Below are positions 45,404 to 55,362 of a DNA stretch of 64,000 nt, one piece after another (position 1 is the stretch's first letter; each line of letters starts with the position of its first letter). The stretch lies in IMG/VR virus record IMGVR_UViG_3300033144_005525, positions 127,127 through 191,126 of that record; one strand, 5' to 3'. This DNA comes from a virus. Both the position numbers and the translations under genes were made by a program. The notes under the pieces were generated by a model, which was given only the letters and a program-made list of their open reading frames with translations, was not told the DNA's origin and did no database searches.

Positions 45404-48400
45404 AAGGTCTTCCTCCGCTGCAACCCGTAACGAATGCCAGACGGGTTTGTGACAGTGAGAGGCCTAGTGAGTCGAAGGGCAGTGACAGTAGGCAGTTCCT
45501 GAATGGGGAACACACCGAGACCGTACCCGATGTCCCTGTTGCTATCTCCGCCTTCCAAAATCACAAGAAAGTCTCCCGGTTCAATCCCAAGCGCGTCGAA
45601 ATCTTCTGCAGATACTGTACCGACGTCGGCGGAAATGGCTGTAGTCAAATCTGAGCTCCCCACAGGAAGCTGCAGCTCCAATACTAGAGACTCGTCCGGT
45701 ATACGGTCAAGAATCTCGAAAGATATAGGAGTCTCTGGGCGTCGCAGCCTATGTACTCTGGTGGGGCTAGTTGGGCCAGCCGTAAAGGCCGGCTTCGGTG
45801 TCACGTATGCCGTCAATGAGGACGGGTCCCAGTCCAGGACCTCATGGAAGAGTCCAGGATTGGTATCGGACTCTATGCTGTCGCCCTTCTGCAAGAACGC
45901 AAGCGTATCTAGGTCCGATGACCCAGCAGAGAACACGACGGCGGCACTACCGGATGTGTAGGCCGCTGCATGAGGTTGGTCGGCTTCTAGAGCTCCGAAG
46001 AACCTGTCCTCGATCCCATCTCTTCTGATGATCCCGTTCGGATAGGTACCGGAGGGCTCCTCAATGGCTGGAGTTACTTCGATCTCCTTGATAGCTGGAG
46101 TCACCTTCGTGACGGTGTATCTGCGACTGGCATCTACTGTGAGACCGTGGAAGGCAAAGGTATCTCCCGCAGACACTCCAGCCGAGAACAAACCCTCATC
46201 CAACTCCACAAACTGGGACCCATTGGTTACCTCAGCAGTGGTTTGGAAAATGGGATTGATCACTGGTCGGAAGATTCTGAACCTCTGCTCAACTGCGGTA
46301 GAGAAAGCTCCCACCAACACGGTCACAGTGTTGTCATCAGGGACAGTATCCACTTCGTATTGCCCTGAGTTCGGACCCTCACTGATGACCAGGAGGTCGC
46401 CCGAACGAATCAGAGGGGAGTCGAAGGACTGCCCTGTTCCTGGGGTTATGAAACCTCCGATAACTGAGGTGACATCTAAGCTGCTGAAGGTTGTGACCAG
46501 GTCTTCTCCAAACAAGTAGCTGGAGTACATGACCCCTTCCACTGTGAGGAAGCTCTCGTCTCCGGAACCTTGGTCGAACTTCACAGCCATGGGTAGTGAG
46601 TACGATGGGGTGTCGAACCACTCCAGCTCTCGCCCAAAGATGAGAGCATCACTGATCTCAACAGTGTCTTCAACAATCTTCAACAACCCAGCAGACAACT
46701 TAGCGTAGTGAGGCTTCGCCCTCTGGATGAAGTTGGTTGTCTGATTCACATCGGATGGAGTAGTCACATCCGCATTGATTCGAAGTTGGAAAGAATGGAA
46801 CTGGGTGATGAGTGCTTCCAGACTTCCTTGTTGCACGAACCTGTCGATGGACTCAGGAGAAGACAAGTAGTCCTGAATCTCTACCCCCTTGGATAGAACA
46901 GCGAACTGTTCTACTGAATCCCCAACGACGTAATCAACACCTGTGGTCGGGTTGATGGCGATACCTGCTTCATTGGGAGTAGCCGGCAGAAACTCCCCTG
47001 GGTTGTCCTGATCAACTAATTGACGACCCTGTGGGTACAGATAGACGTTCGTGATTCCCAGACGATCTCCGTTGCTGTCTAGGGCATCTACTAAAATCCG
47101 TCCGAACAAAGAAGACCCATCACTTCTGATTCGGAAGTTCGGGTTGATCTCTGTGATGACTCCAGTGTTCTCGGCAAACGGAAGACCTAACAGAATCTGG
47201 GCAGCCAGGCGCAGGTTCTCATGCACAGGTCCGTTCGTTAGGGCGAACATCAGACCAGCCACAACACTTTTGTAGGGAGCCGTTACTGTCCCTCTCTCCA
47301 AGTCTTCACGTCGAACTCCTACCAACACACCAAAATTGGCTTCGATGTTTGGATCGTTGCTGAAGAACGTGAGCTCGGACCACAGTCTGGGAGGGGCTGG
47401 ATTGTCCTTAGAGAAACTACCTGTGATGAATCGGATAAACTTACCAAGCACTCTCCGAGTGATGGTCATGGGGACCGATGACTCGTTGGCTATAGGCTTG
47501 GGCTTTACCCTGATGTGCTCTGGATCTATGACACGGAGGATGGTGTAGATGACTGAGGTAGCACCGGATACAACCTCCATCGTGTCTCCTGGTCGAACAC
47601 TCCTATCTACCAGGTCTCCCCTAGACACTTCGATCTCATCGGAGTCTTGGATCGTGTTGACTACTCCAGAGATCTGCGACTCGTCATCAACCACATAGTC
47701 TAGGTTCTCGACCAGGTTGTATGGGGTGTGGTCTATCGGGGTGACACTCCCATTCCTTCCGATTACCTGAAGCACTCCATCTATCTCTCCGAGCTCAGGC
47801 TGTCGGATGAACTCCTGCAGCAAAGGGATGGAGAGAATTTCAGGGTCTACTGCGATCTTCGTGTTTCGAATGACCTGAACTGGACGGACCTTGATGACGA
47901 ATGCTCCAAGATCTATCTCCGTCTCTGTGTTCAGCTCGGTCTCGAAGTTGGTGCTCCGGAACAAGTTGGACACCAAGACATCGCGGACAGCTTCAGCCTC
48001 CAGGGCGTACTGAAGGACTCCATTCACATCCCTCTCAAGTCCTGTGACTTGAAGAGTCTCGGCCAGGTCCAATTGAGCTTGCTCGGATAAACCAGAAGCA
48101 GCGGTACCGTCCACCAAATCATCGAGATTGAATACGAAGGATAGTCTCCCTCTGTCTACACCAACTACTTGGAAGCGGATTACGGCTGCAAGGTTCAGGT
48201 CCTGACGAACGATCTCCACCTCGAGTACATCGCCTACAGATACTCCCTGCAGCTCCAGATCGAACTCAGTGGTGATGATCGTGGAGCTAAACCTCCAAGC
48301 CTGTCCCGCTGTGTCGGTTGGGATGTCCTTCACATCTGAGAAGAAGTTGCTCAGGTTATCGCTAGTCGGAATGACCGAGTAATTTAGATCTGTGGCAGTG

Positions 48401-49443
48401 CTAGTGAAGGCAACAGCGCCACCGAGCAGATCAGTTAGGGTCGCCTCCGTATCTCCTGTAGCCACACTATCAATCAGATAATCTCCGGCGTCATCACCAG
48501 ACAACACCCGAAGGATGAGTCCTACTTGATCCGCAACGAAGCCGCTCCCAAGGAAGACATCGCTCCCAACACTAGTGGCCCCGTCATCTCCTTCGTTGAC
48601 ACCTTTGATGCTGTTATTGGAACGGGCAAGTGTGTAGGACTTACCAGCTATGGTAAGCAGACGACCAGCAGAGATCGGCAAACCAGCAGGGGTCTCAACG
48701 AAACTACCATCTACCAGAGGGGTGGTAACCAAGTTGAAGAAGTCGGGAGAGTCCTCCAGTACGATACCTGTGTCCGAATCGATGGGAAGAGTAGCACCCT
48801 CCAACCCAGCTTGATCATCGGCCAAGATACCTGCGACCAACGTAGAGTCAAACTCCAGACCAGAGCTGTACTGAATCCATCTCTTCTGGAAAACTGTCTG
48901 GATGTCTCTGATGCTCTTGTTGTAGTCGTACTGATACAGCTTCAAGAGCTCGGCCGCTGTTATCTGAATGGCAGCAGACCACAGAACTTCGAATCTCTCT
49001 TTGTCTTCTACGATATTCCAGAAGTCGGATAGGTAATTCCAAATCCAACTGGCATCTGGAACAAGCCCACGGTTGTTGGGGACGATGAGTAAGTTGATGT
49101 CCGTACTGCCAACAGCAATTGCAGAGTCCACCGTCCCATCATTGACTACCAGACCGACCTCGTAGAATCCCGTGATGTCCGGAGCAAAACTGACCACTGC
49201 TCCGTCTGGATCTAGCTCAACAAATCCTTCTTGCTCTACTTGAGATCCGATGGGGAATCTCAAGAAGCTCCAGCTGTACGTTAGTACTCCAGCAGGCATG
49301 CCGTCTGCATCAAAGGACGCTCGGCCATCCATCTTCACTACAGATCCCAATACAGAGACCTGAGTTGCCGGAGTAATGATGGCTACTGGACCTACGTTGT
49401 CCTCGACTCCGAAGCTGTACCCTCTTGTAATCGAAGTAGCCAT
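45400..49443 (-). CDS. Large baseplate wedge-like protein with N-terminal PKD/Ig-like domain
   Basis: DGRASFDADG...LTYSWS...GFYEVGLVVNDG, IQRAKPHY, and repeated GD-x-L-x-I-x-x-G modules. Confidence 0.6.
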   Translation of the reverse strand: MATSITRGYSFGVEDNVGPVAIITPATQVSVLGSVVKMDGRASFDADGMPAGVLTYSWSFLRFPIGSQVEQEGFVELDPDGAVVSFAPDITGFYEVGLVVNDGTVDSAIAVGSTDINLLIVPNNRGLVPDASWIWNYLSDFWNIVEDKERFEVLWSAAIQITAAELLKLYQYDYNKSIRDIQTVFQKRWIQYSSGLEFDSTLVAGILADDQAGLEGATLPIDSDTGIVLEDSPDFFNLVTTPLVDGSFVETPAGLPISAGRLLTIAGKSYTLARSNNSIKGVNEGDDGATSVGSDVFLGSGFVADQVGLILRVLSGDDAGDYLIDSVATGDTEATLTDLLGGAVAFTSTATDLNYSVIPTSDNLSNFFSDVKDIPTDTAGQAWRFSSTIITTEFDLELQGVSVGDVLEVEIVRQDLNLAAVIRFQVVGVDRGRLSFVFNLDDLVDGTAASGLSEQAQLDLAETLQVTGLERDVNGVLQYALEAEAVRDVLVSNLFRSTNFETELNTETEIDLGAFVIKVRPVQVIRNTKIAVDPEILSIPLLQEFIRQPELGEIDGVLQVIGRNGSVTPIDHTPYNLVENLDYVVDDESQISGVVNTIQDSDEIEVSRGDLVDRSVRPGDTMEVVSGATSVIYTILRVIDPEHIRVKPKPIANESSVPMTITRRVLGKFIRFITGSFSKDNPAPPRLWSELTFFSNDPNIEANFGVLVGVRREDLERGTVTAPYKSVVAGLMFALTNGPVHENLRLAAQILLGLPFAENTGVITEINPNFRIRSDGSSLFGRILVDALDSNGDRLGITNVYLYPQGRQLVDQDNPGEFLPATPNEAGIAINPTTGVDYVVGDSVEQFAVLSKGVEIQDYLSSPESIDRFVQQGSLEALITQFHSFQLRINADVTTPSDVNQTTNFIQRAKPHYAKLSAGLLKIVEDTVEISDALIFGRELEWFDTPSYSLPMAVKFDQGSGDESFLTVEGVMYSSYLFGEDLVTTFSSLDVTSVIGGFITPGTGQSFDSPLIRSGDLLVISEGPNSGQYEVDTVPDDNTVTVLVGAFSTAVEQRFRIFRPVINPIFQTTAEVTNGSQFVELDEGLFSAGVSAGDTFAFHGLTVDASRRYTVTKVTPAIKEIEVTPAIEEPSGTYPNGIIRRDGIEDRFFGALEADQPHAAAYTSGSAAVVFSAGSSDLDTLAFLQKGDSIESDTNPGLFHEVLDWDPSSLTAYVTPKPAFTAGPTSPTRVHRLRRPETPISFEILDRIPDESLVLELQLPVGSSDLTTAISADVGTVSAEDFDALGIEPGDFLVILEGGDSNRDIGYGLGVFPIQELPTVTALRLTRPLTVTNPSGIRYGLQRRKTL

Positions 49444-51822
49444 CTACGAATCCAGGTCTTCTGCGAACGCAATAACAATCGCCTGTGCGTTGGCGATATC
49501 CTCTTCTAGTTGAGCTGTAGTTGCCACCTTCTTGAAGGAGATCTCGTACCCGGAGCTAAACATGGTCCGAACGAAGTCCCACTTGGATACCGAACCTTCT
49601 GTAGAGAACTGACCGAAAGCCACCACTGGGGCCAGGAACTGCGAAGAGGGGAAGTCCACGTTGTCTGAGTCCGGGATGACTAGTACTGGATCAGCAGCGT
49701 CATCCACGAAGATGTAGAGACCATCCAACGGTCGCCTCTCCATCCTGTACGTGTGCGGTTGATCCCAATCCACTTGGAAGCTGAGAGTCTCTGGGACTCC
49801 GTCTGTTCCCACCCTCTCTACGAAGCTACTGAGCCCTGATCGCACAGCCACGCCGGCGAACTTCCCGATGTCTGTATCTACGAACGATAAAATGTAGGAC
49901 CGTAAGCCGTCGTCGATGAACATCATCGTTCCGGTTCTGGCCTTAGGTTTGTGGTCCGTAATCTGTAGACGGGCCTCGATGACGGCCCCTCTATCCGGAC
50001 CTATGGGAGCGGAACGGAAGTAGACCTGAGTCTGTCCAGGGAGACTGGCCACAACCAGTTGGTCATCCACCATGGCAGAAGATCCGCTAGGACCACTACC
50101 TCCGAAGATGTAGAAAGGCAGAGAAGTAGGACCGAACCCACCGCCCAATAGATGGATGCCGAACAATGGATTGAGCTCTCCGAATCCACTGGTTGTGAGT
50201 ACCCAGACCGGATCTGTAGGAGCTAAGTTTGGGAGTGCATCGTCCGCACTCTCGTAGGCTTGATACAGGTGGGAGTACTTCAAGCTACGTAGCTCAAAGA
50301 TACCAGCCGTATCTATCTCACTCAGATGACCGAATGCGATGAAGGCTGGGAGCGCACTCACTCCGAGATCAGCACCAGTGGGGAAGTTCGATCTGTCGAA
50401 ATCCACAGAGAGTACAGGAGTGAGGATGTCTTCCTCAGAGTACAGCTCCACTTTATTCCTGCGGGGATCCACAATGAATCTGAACTTGGTCGACGTTGCC
50501 CAGTCGATATCTGTGGCTGGTAGGAGGTGCTCATCTACTTGTGAGGCATCTCCTCCAGGATTCAAGAGTCCTACAGTACGGGTGTCTCCTTCAATCAGGT
50601 TGATCATGAAGACGGACTGACCGTCCCAGATCATCACACCCATACCAGTCATACGCCCATTGATTGTCCTTGTAGGGACACCAGAGAACTCCATCTCCAA
50701 CAGAAGACCGTTGGTGTTGTCGCTGAGGAAACCAGGCTCCTCTCGATGGATAGCTACATGGGTATTCGCAGTGGACTTGATGAGCTGTACAGACCCTGAG
50801 CTGGGTACGGACACGACACCAGCTGGATCTGGGTTAGGAAATACAGTGTCGTCTGGACCGAACCAGGAGGATACATCTACCTTTCTGGGATCCCCTCCTT
50901 CGTAGCGTACGGTCTCATCGGTCCGACGTGTGGTGAAGAAGTTCCCTGGTCGGGCTCCACCAATGATCGGGAAGCCTACGTCTTTGGTGACTGCCAGGTT
51001 CCCAATGGTTACTCGATCTCCAATAGCTCCTTCGATTCCGTAGACAGCAGTGAGCTCAGACGCAGAGCCTCGAGGGGGAGTGGATTGCCCGGACTCCGTA
51101 TCGAACGACTGGAAAGAAGAGATGGGCTCGACCAACAAGATCGTAGTCAAGCTGTTCGTCTCATCGATAGCGTAGAGCTCTACCTGGCTGGAGATCTCAT
51201 TCCACACCAGGACATATCGACGCTCGAGACCGGTCCAATCGAATGGAATGGATACATCGGGCACCCGAACACCGAGAGAGTCGGCTGGTCCTGCCAACCT
51301 AATCCTCGGTGTCCCGCTCGGGTTGTCAAAGAACATGTAGGCCGCGGTGTTGCGGGGACCGTGCTCTAGTCCTAGTACAGCCCCGAGCTCTCCAATCGTA
51401 ATCACGTTGGGCTCAAGGACTGCCGTGACCATGGCGTCCTCAAACCCTGTCCCAGCATCGATACTGGTGAAGTACGTAGACTTCTGAGGAGTGGCTAGAG
51501 TCTTGGTGATTTGAACACCTTCAGCCACCACTGCAATCGTAGATTTCTCTGGGTCTACGATGCCGTGAAGAAGAGAGGAGAACTGAGTTCGCGGTAGGGC
51601 TGTTTCGAACGGCTCCGTTCCATCAGCGGTGACCTGTGCCCACCCAACAACGATCTGGATGAGGTTGGCCACCACATGAGTCTCGATGTCTCGAATCGAG
51701 AGTCGTAGTGCATCCGTGAGCCCAGACCCAGCTTGGTCTGGAGTTGGCGCAAGATTAACAATGAACGGAGCAAAGAGACCCCCGCCCATTGGGAACGCTA
51801 ATCCTATCGCCAGTCCTGACAT
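49444..51822 (-). CDS. Putative virion protein with beta-sandwich (lectin-like) domains
   Basis: 792 aa, beta-rich, with recurring DW...Y/F-R and AFG motifs. Located in the tail module. Confidence 0.5.
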   Translation of the reverse strand: MSGLAIGLAFPMGGGLFAPFIVNLAPTPDQAGSGLTDALRLSIRDIETHVVANLIQIVVGWAQVTADGTEPFETALPRTQFSSLLHGIVDPEKSTIAVVAEGVQITKTLATPQKSTYFTSIDAGTGFEDAMVTAVLEPNVITIGELGAVLGLEHGPRNTAAYMFFDNPSGTPRIRLAGPADSLGVRVPDVSIPFDWTGLERRYVLVWNEISSQVELYAIDETNSLTTILLVEPISSFQSFDTESGQSTPPRGSASELTAVYGIEGAIGDRVTIGNLAVTKDVGFPIIGGARPGNFFTTRRTDETVRYEGGDPRKVDVSSWFGPDDTVFPNPDPAGVVSVPSSGSVQLIKSTANTHVAIHREEPGFLSDNTNGLLLEMEFSGVPTRTINGRMTGMGVMIWDGQSVFMINLIEGDTRTVGLLNPGGDASQVDEHLLPATDIDWATSTKFRFIVDPRRNKVELYSEEDILTPVLSVDFDRSNFPTGADLGVSALPAFIAFGHLSEIDTAGIFELRSLKYSHLYQAYESADDALPNLAPTDPVWVLTTSGFGELNPLFGIHLLGGGFGPTSLPFYIFGGSGPSGSSAMVDDQLVVASLPGQTQVYFRSAPIGPDRGAVIEARLQITDHKPKARTGTMMFIDDGLRSYILSFVDTDIGKFAGVAVRSGLSSFVERVGTDGVPETLSFQVDWDQPHTYRMERRPLDGLYIFVDDAADPVLVIPDSDNVDFPSSQFLAPVVAFGQFSTEGSVSKWDFVRTMFSSGYEISFKKVATTAQLEEDIANAQAIVIAFAEDLDS

Positions 51823-51825
51823 GAG

Positions 51826-52347
51826 CTATGCCGCCGCTTCCTTTGAGGTCTCAGGCTTATTCCGAGGGTCTTCGTCCAAGGCCTTGATGACTGCCTTGGG
51901 GAAGCAGAGCATTTGCCGATTCAACCGTGGATGGATACCCCAACCAGGCATAGTCGCCGGTCCGGTTGGACTGATGTGCATGACCTTCGGATTCTGACAG
52001 GCCTCTTCCCAGTTCTTCCAGTCTTCCTCCGCTAGAACCATTACAGGAACGCCATCATACGTGTCCGCTGAGAGGGACTCATGGTAGGCCTCCCAGATTG
52101 CGTCCATGGACAGCCCGAGCTTGTAGGTGGTGACCCACTTGGGATTGTCCTCGACCTTCTCGAGGAAAGTCTTCCAATCCATAAGACCATTGTCTCCCTC
52201 GATTTCTTCTCCACTACTCCGCTCTTTGAAGCGGAGCTTCTTGGGATCCAGCATCACATATTTCTTCGGCATCGGTCCTCCCTTTTTACGTTTGGTTCTC
52301 CGTCTCTTACCAGCCCGACGGACTCTACTTTTTGGCCCGTTTCCCAT
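51826..52347 (-). CDS. Hypothetical protein (possible fibre chaperone)
   Basis: Follows the fibre gene. Alternative start at 52272 after a GGAGG RBS. Confidence 0.65.
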   Translation of the reverse strand: MGNGPKSRVRRAGKRRRTKRKKGGPMPKKYVMLDPKKLRFKERSSGEEIEGDNGLMDWKTFLEKVEDNPKWVTTYKLGLSMDAIWEAYHESLSADTYDGVPVMVLAEEDWKNWEEACQNPKVMHISPTGPATMPGWGIHPRLNRQMLCFPKAVIKALDEDPRNKPETSKEAAA

Positions 52348-52348
52348 A

Positions 52349-54973
52349 TTAGGTCAAGAAGCCAAACAGACGAGCTGCGTCATTCACCTGCTTAAGTTTT
52401 CGTGACAGTTGATAGATGGCGTTACGAATCGCCGCTGCATCTGTGGCGTAGGTAGACAAATCAGTCCAGTTATCAACCTGATCAGTGGTGCCACCGGAGG
52501 TGACGTTGTTGGTGAGATCCGCACCGGAGGTCTGCTGAGCTACCGCTGTTGTTCCCAGAACTCCGAAGGTTGAACCAGCATGTTCGAAGGCCCCACCTAC
52601 CGAGAGGCCGTCATCGAAGAGGACATCTCCGGCATCTACCCACAATGCTCTTGGGTTAGTGATGACGACGTTCCCGCCACTGACTGCGGGGGCCGCACTG
52701 ATATAGACCGTCGTCGCATTGACGATGGTCTGAGAGCCCGTGTCCGAAGTGAAGGTGGGGGCCAGGATGCGGACTGCTGTTTGATCTGTGGAGACAGAGG
52801 CGAAGTTGATGAAGCTGTCGATGTCGAAATCGATATAGATTGCGTTGCCATCGCTCAGATCGGTATGGGTATTTGAGTTGAGGTTCAGGATAGGAGTCAT
52901 GAAAACTCCGTCCTTCACCTCCTGAGTCACTGTCAATGAAGTGTGTGCGTTGATGTTCCGGAAGAGGGATCCACCAGAACCGACATCGTTGGTGGATCCA
53001 CTAGGCAGAAGGTCTTCACCCACAACGATATCGCCGACCGAAGACCATACACCTGTATTAGAGATGTCCCCAGCTGATGAATACGCGGCTGCGTCCACAC
53101 TGAACATGAAGTGGGCCCCACCACCTCCACCACCCGCACTTACTGTCTGTAGCTGAAGCCCGAACTTCGTTATCTCGTTCTCGGAGCCCCCTCCTTCTGC
53201 AGAATCCCATGAGGTTCCTTCGAAAACCAATACTGGGGACCACTGAGGAGATCCAACTGTGGACACTGTGGTGTTCTGAAGAAGAAGAGCAGTAACACCG
53301 TCGGTAGTTACGACTCCCACTGAATCAATGACGGTAGTAACGGCTCCGGCGTCTACCGTGATAGAAGTTCCACCGTCGTATGCCTCGTCTAGAGTCGTTG
53401 CTCCTCCAGCAGCTGCCGCCCACGACAGAATGCCAGCGTCGGTGCTCGACAAGACATAGCCAGTCGTAGCTGCAACTGCGGCTGGCCAGGTGAGTGTGTG
53501 GTCAGTTACCACCGCAGGCACGGACTGGGTCAATTTCCCAGAGGTCGCTCCTGTCTGTGCGATCGACCCATCAACTCTAATTGCGCCACTTGACCACAAG
53601 GCCCACGGGTTGGTAATCGTAACGTTGGTACCCTCTGTAGGTACTCCAGCGATTCTCCAGGTTGCACAGTCAGTGATCGTAACTACATCGGTATCAGCTG
53701 AGTAATCTGTGGTGTCGAAGTAGTAACCAGCCTGCTCAGCTATTGTCCCTCCGCCTGTGGTGTACTGGATGGTGTCGAGCTCAAAGGCCACGTGGAAGAA
53801 AGAATCAATATCTACACCAGTGTAATTGCCGTGAACGTAGAGAGCCCCAGTTGCAGTGTCATTGGGATCTACATTATTCGCGGTTATCTCTACACCGCTA
53901 TCGACATAGATCAATCCTGACGTGACACTGATAGCCCGCGCCTCGTTATCCGTACTGGCGTGAGAAATAGAGAGGCCTGCCCCACCGGCGTTGGCCCCCA
54001 TCGCTATGAAAAGACCATCTCCGGAATCAAAACCGGTCGGAGTTTTATTGATCTCCAGGACATTGGTGCCATCTACCTCCGTGGTTTGGATGACTACGGC
54101 ACCGTCGTGGGCAGTGATGGTCCTGCCTCCTCCCGCAGACCCGAAGTCGTAAGCACCCTGAAGACTGGTACCGGAAGCACCTGGGATAGTTACCGTACTG
54201 ACCCCGGATCCTCCATCCGCTACAGATACTCCAGAGCCAGCGAAATTGATTGTGGTGTGTGGAGTGTTGGTGACAGGACTACCCTCATCCTGAATGGTCA
54301 GGGTCGAGTCTCCCCACACTGCATCCGCTGCAGCCCCCTGTGTCTTCAAGAACTGCCCTGCTGTCCCGGGAACCAATGCGGATACAGCTGACCCATCAGA
54401 GAACCAGACGGATCCTTGAGCTACTGTCTCAAGCAATCCGATGTGGGTATCGATCTGAGCGTGGGTGTGGGTACCAGATCCGCTGAGGTTATTGTGGACG
54501 ACATTGGCCTCAACAACATCGATGTCGATCTCGTTGTTGCCTACCTCATCTACAATGGAGACCTTGGACGACCCCGCATTGAGGCCCTTGAACTCGAGGT
54601 CTACTCCAGACTTCTGTTTGAAGACACCCACTCCTCCGACGTTCACATTCGAGGCCGTGTTGACCTCTCCACTACCTCCAGTGGTGATGTTGATATCAGA
54701 ACCACCGCCACCACCTACGTGCAGGAACAGCTGATCGGATGTGTCAAACCAGAGATAGTCGTCTACGCCGGAGGGAGCTGGGTCCGTCGCTTGCGGAGAC
54801 AAGCCGTACCATTCTGCTCCACGGAGGACACCCTTTACGTCCTCGACAGCTTGATTGAGCGTGTTCCAATCGATGTCTGCAACGTACTTTGTCGAATCCC
54901 CACCACCGGGGATCGGATTCAGGTTGGTCTTCGGAAAGAACAACGCGGTGTCATCGTAGACAAAATTGGGCAT
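52349..54973 (-). CDS. Putative tail or head fibre protein
   Basis: 874 aa, rich in G/T/S/D, with fibre-type motifs GTAGQFLKTQG and GYVLSSTDAGILSW and an internal duplication. Confidence 0.7.
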   Translation of the reverse strand: MPNFVYDDTALFFPKTNLNPIPGGGDSTKYVADIDWNTLNQAVEDVKGVLRGAEWYGLSPQATDPAPSGVDDYLWFDTSDQLFLHVGGGGGSDINITTGGSGEVNTASNVNVGGVGVFKQKSGVDLEFKGLNAGSSKVSIVDEVGNNEIDIDVVEANVVHNNLSGSGTHTHAQIDTHIGLLETVAQGSVWFSDGSAVSALVPGTAGQFLKTQGAAADAVWGDSTLTIQDEGSPVTNTPHTTINFAGSGVSVADGGSGVSTVTIPGASGTSLQGAYDFGSAGGGRTITAHDGAVVIQTTEVDGTNVLEINKTPTGFDSGDGLFIAMGANAGGAGLSISHASTDNEARAISVTSGLIYVDSGVEITANNVDPNDTATGALYVHGNYTGVDIDSFFHVAFELDTIQYTTGGGTIAEQAGYYFDTTDYSADTDVVTITDCATWRIAGVPTEGTNVTITNPWALWSSGAIRVDGSIAQTGATSGKLTQSVPAVVTDHTLTWPAAVAATTGYVLSSTDAGILSWAAAAGGATTLDEAYDGGTSITVDAGAVTTVIDSVGVVTTDGVTALLLQNTTVSTVGSPQWSPVLVFEGTSWDSAEGGGSENEITKFGLQLQTVSAGGGGGGAHFMFSVDAAAYSSAGDISNTGVWSSVGDIVVGEDLLPSGSTNDVGSGGSLFRNINAHTSLTVTQEVKDGVFMTPILNLNSNTHTDLSDGNAIYIDFDIDSFINFASVSTDQTAVRILAPTFTSDTGSQTIVNATTVYISAAPAVSGGNVVITNPRALWVDAGDVLFDDGLSVGGAFEHAGSTFGVLGTTAVAQQTSGADLTNNVTSGGTTDQVDNWTDLSTYATDAAAIRNAIYQLSRKLKQVNDAARLFGFLT

Positions 54974-55030
54974 GTCGTACCTTTTCCCGAAGCCTTTGGG
55001 CCTTGTGCTAGTCTACTTGCGAGCGCAGAG

Positions 55031-55050
55031 AAGCGTCAATTAAGACGCTT
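55031..55050. promoter_or_regulatory. Palindromic operator-like site AAGCGTC-AATTAA-GACGCTT
   Basis: Perfect 7-bp inverted arms in the divergent gap, 9 nt before ATG 55060. Confidence 0.5.
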
Positions 55051-55059
55051 GGGGGTGTC

Positions 55060-55362
55060 ATGATTTTCAAGGAGATGGACCCTACAGAAGTACTGGGCCT
55101 CTTGGAAGGACATGAGAATGTCTTGCAGAAGGAGATCCAGAGCCATGAGGCCTACTTCGAGTCCCTCCAGTGTCCCTACTGTAGGGGTAGCTGCAGGAGT
55201 TTCGTATCTCCTGAAAGGCTGTTCGAGGCTAACTCCATGCTCCCCAAATACCTCGCTGAATGTAACGACTGTGGACATCAGTTCGAGCCTTACACCAAGA
55301 TCGAGCTACGGGGACCGGTACGGAATCCTCTGCAGGATGACGACGGCCTACAGTCGGACTAG
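55060..55362 (+). CDS. Small Zn-ribbon protein in opposite orientation within the tail module
   Basis: CPYC...CNDC. Fills the gap between two minus-strand genes. Confidence 0.75.
   Translation: MIFKEMDPTEVLGLLEGHENVLQKEIQSHEAYFESLQCPYCRGSCRSFVSPERLFEANSMLPKYLAECNDCGHQFEPYTKIELRGPVRNPLQDDDGLQSD

Noticed and set aside
41658-54973. Diversity-generating retroelement or invertible fibre cassette
   Set aside because: No reverse transcriptase, recombinase or near-identical DNA repeat pair was seen, and the fibre duplications are old and protein-level only.
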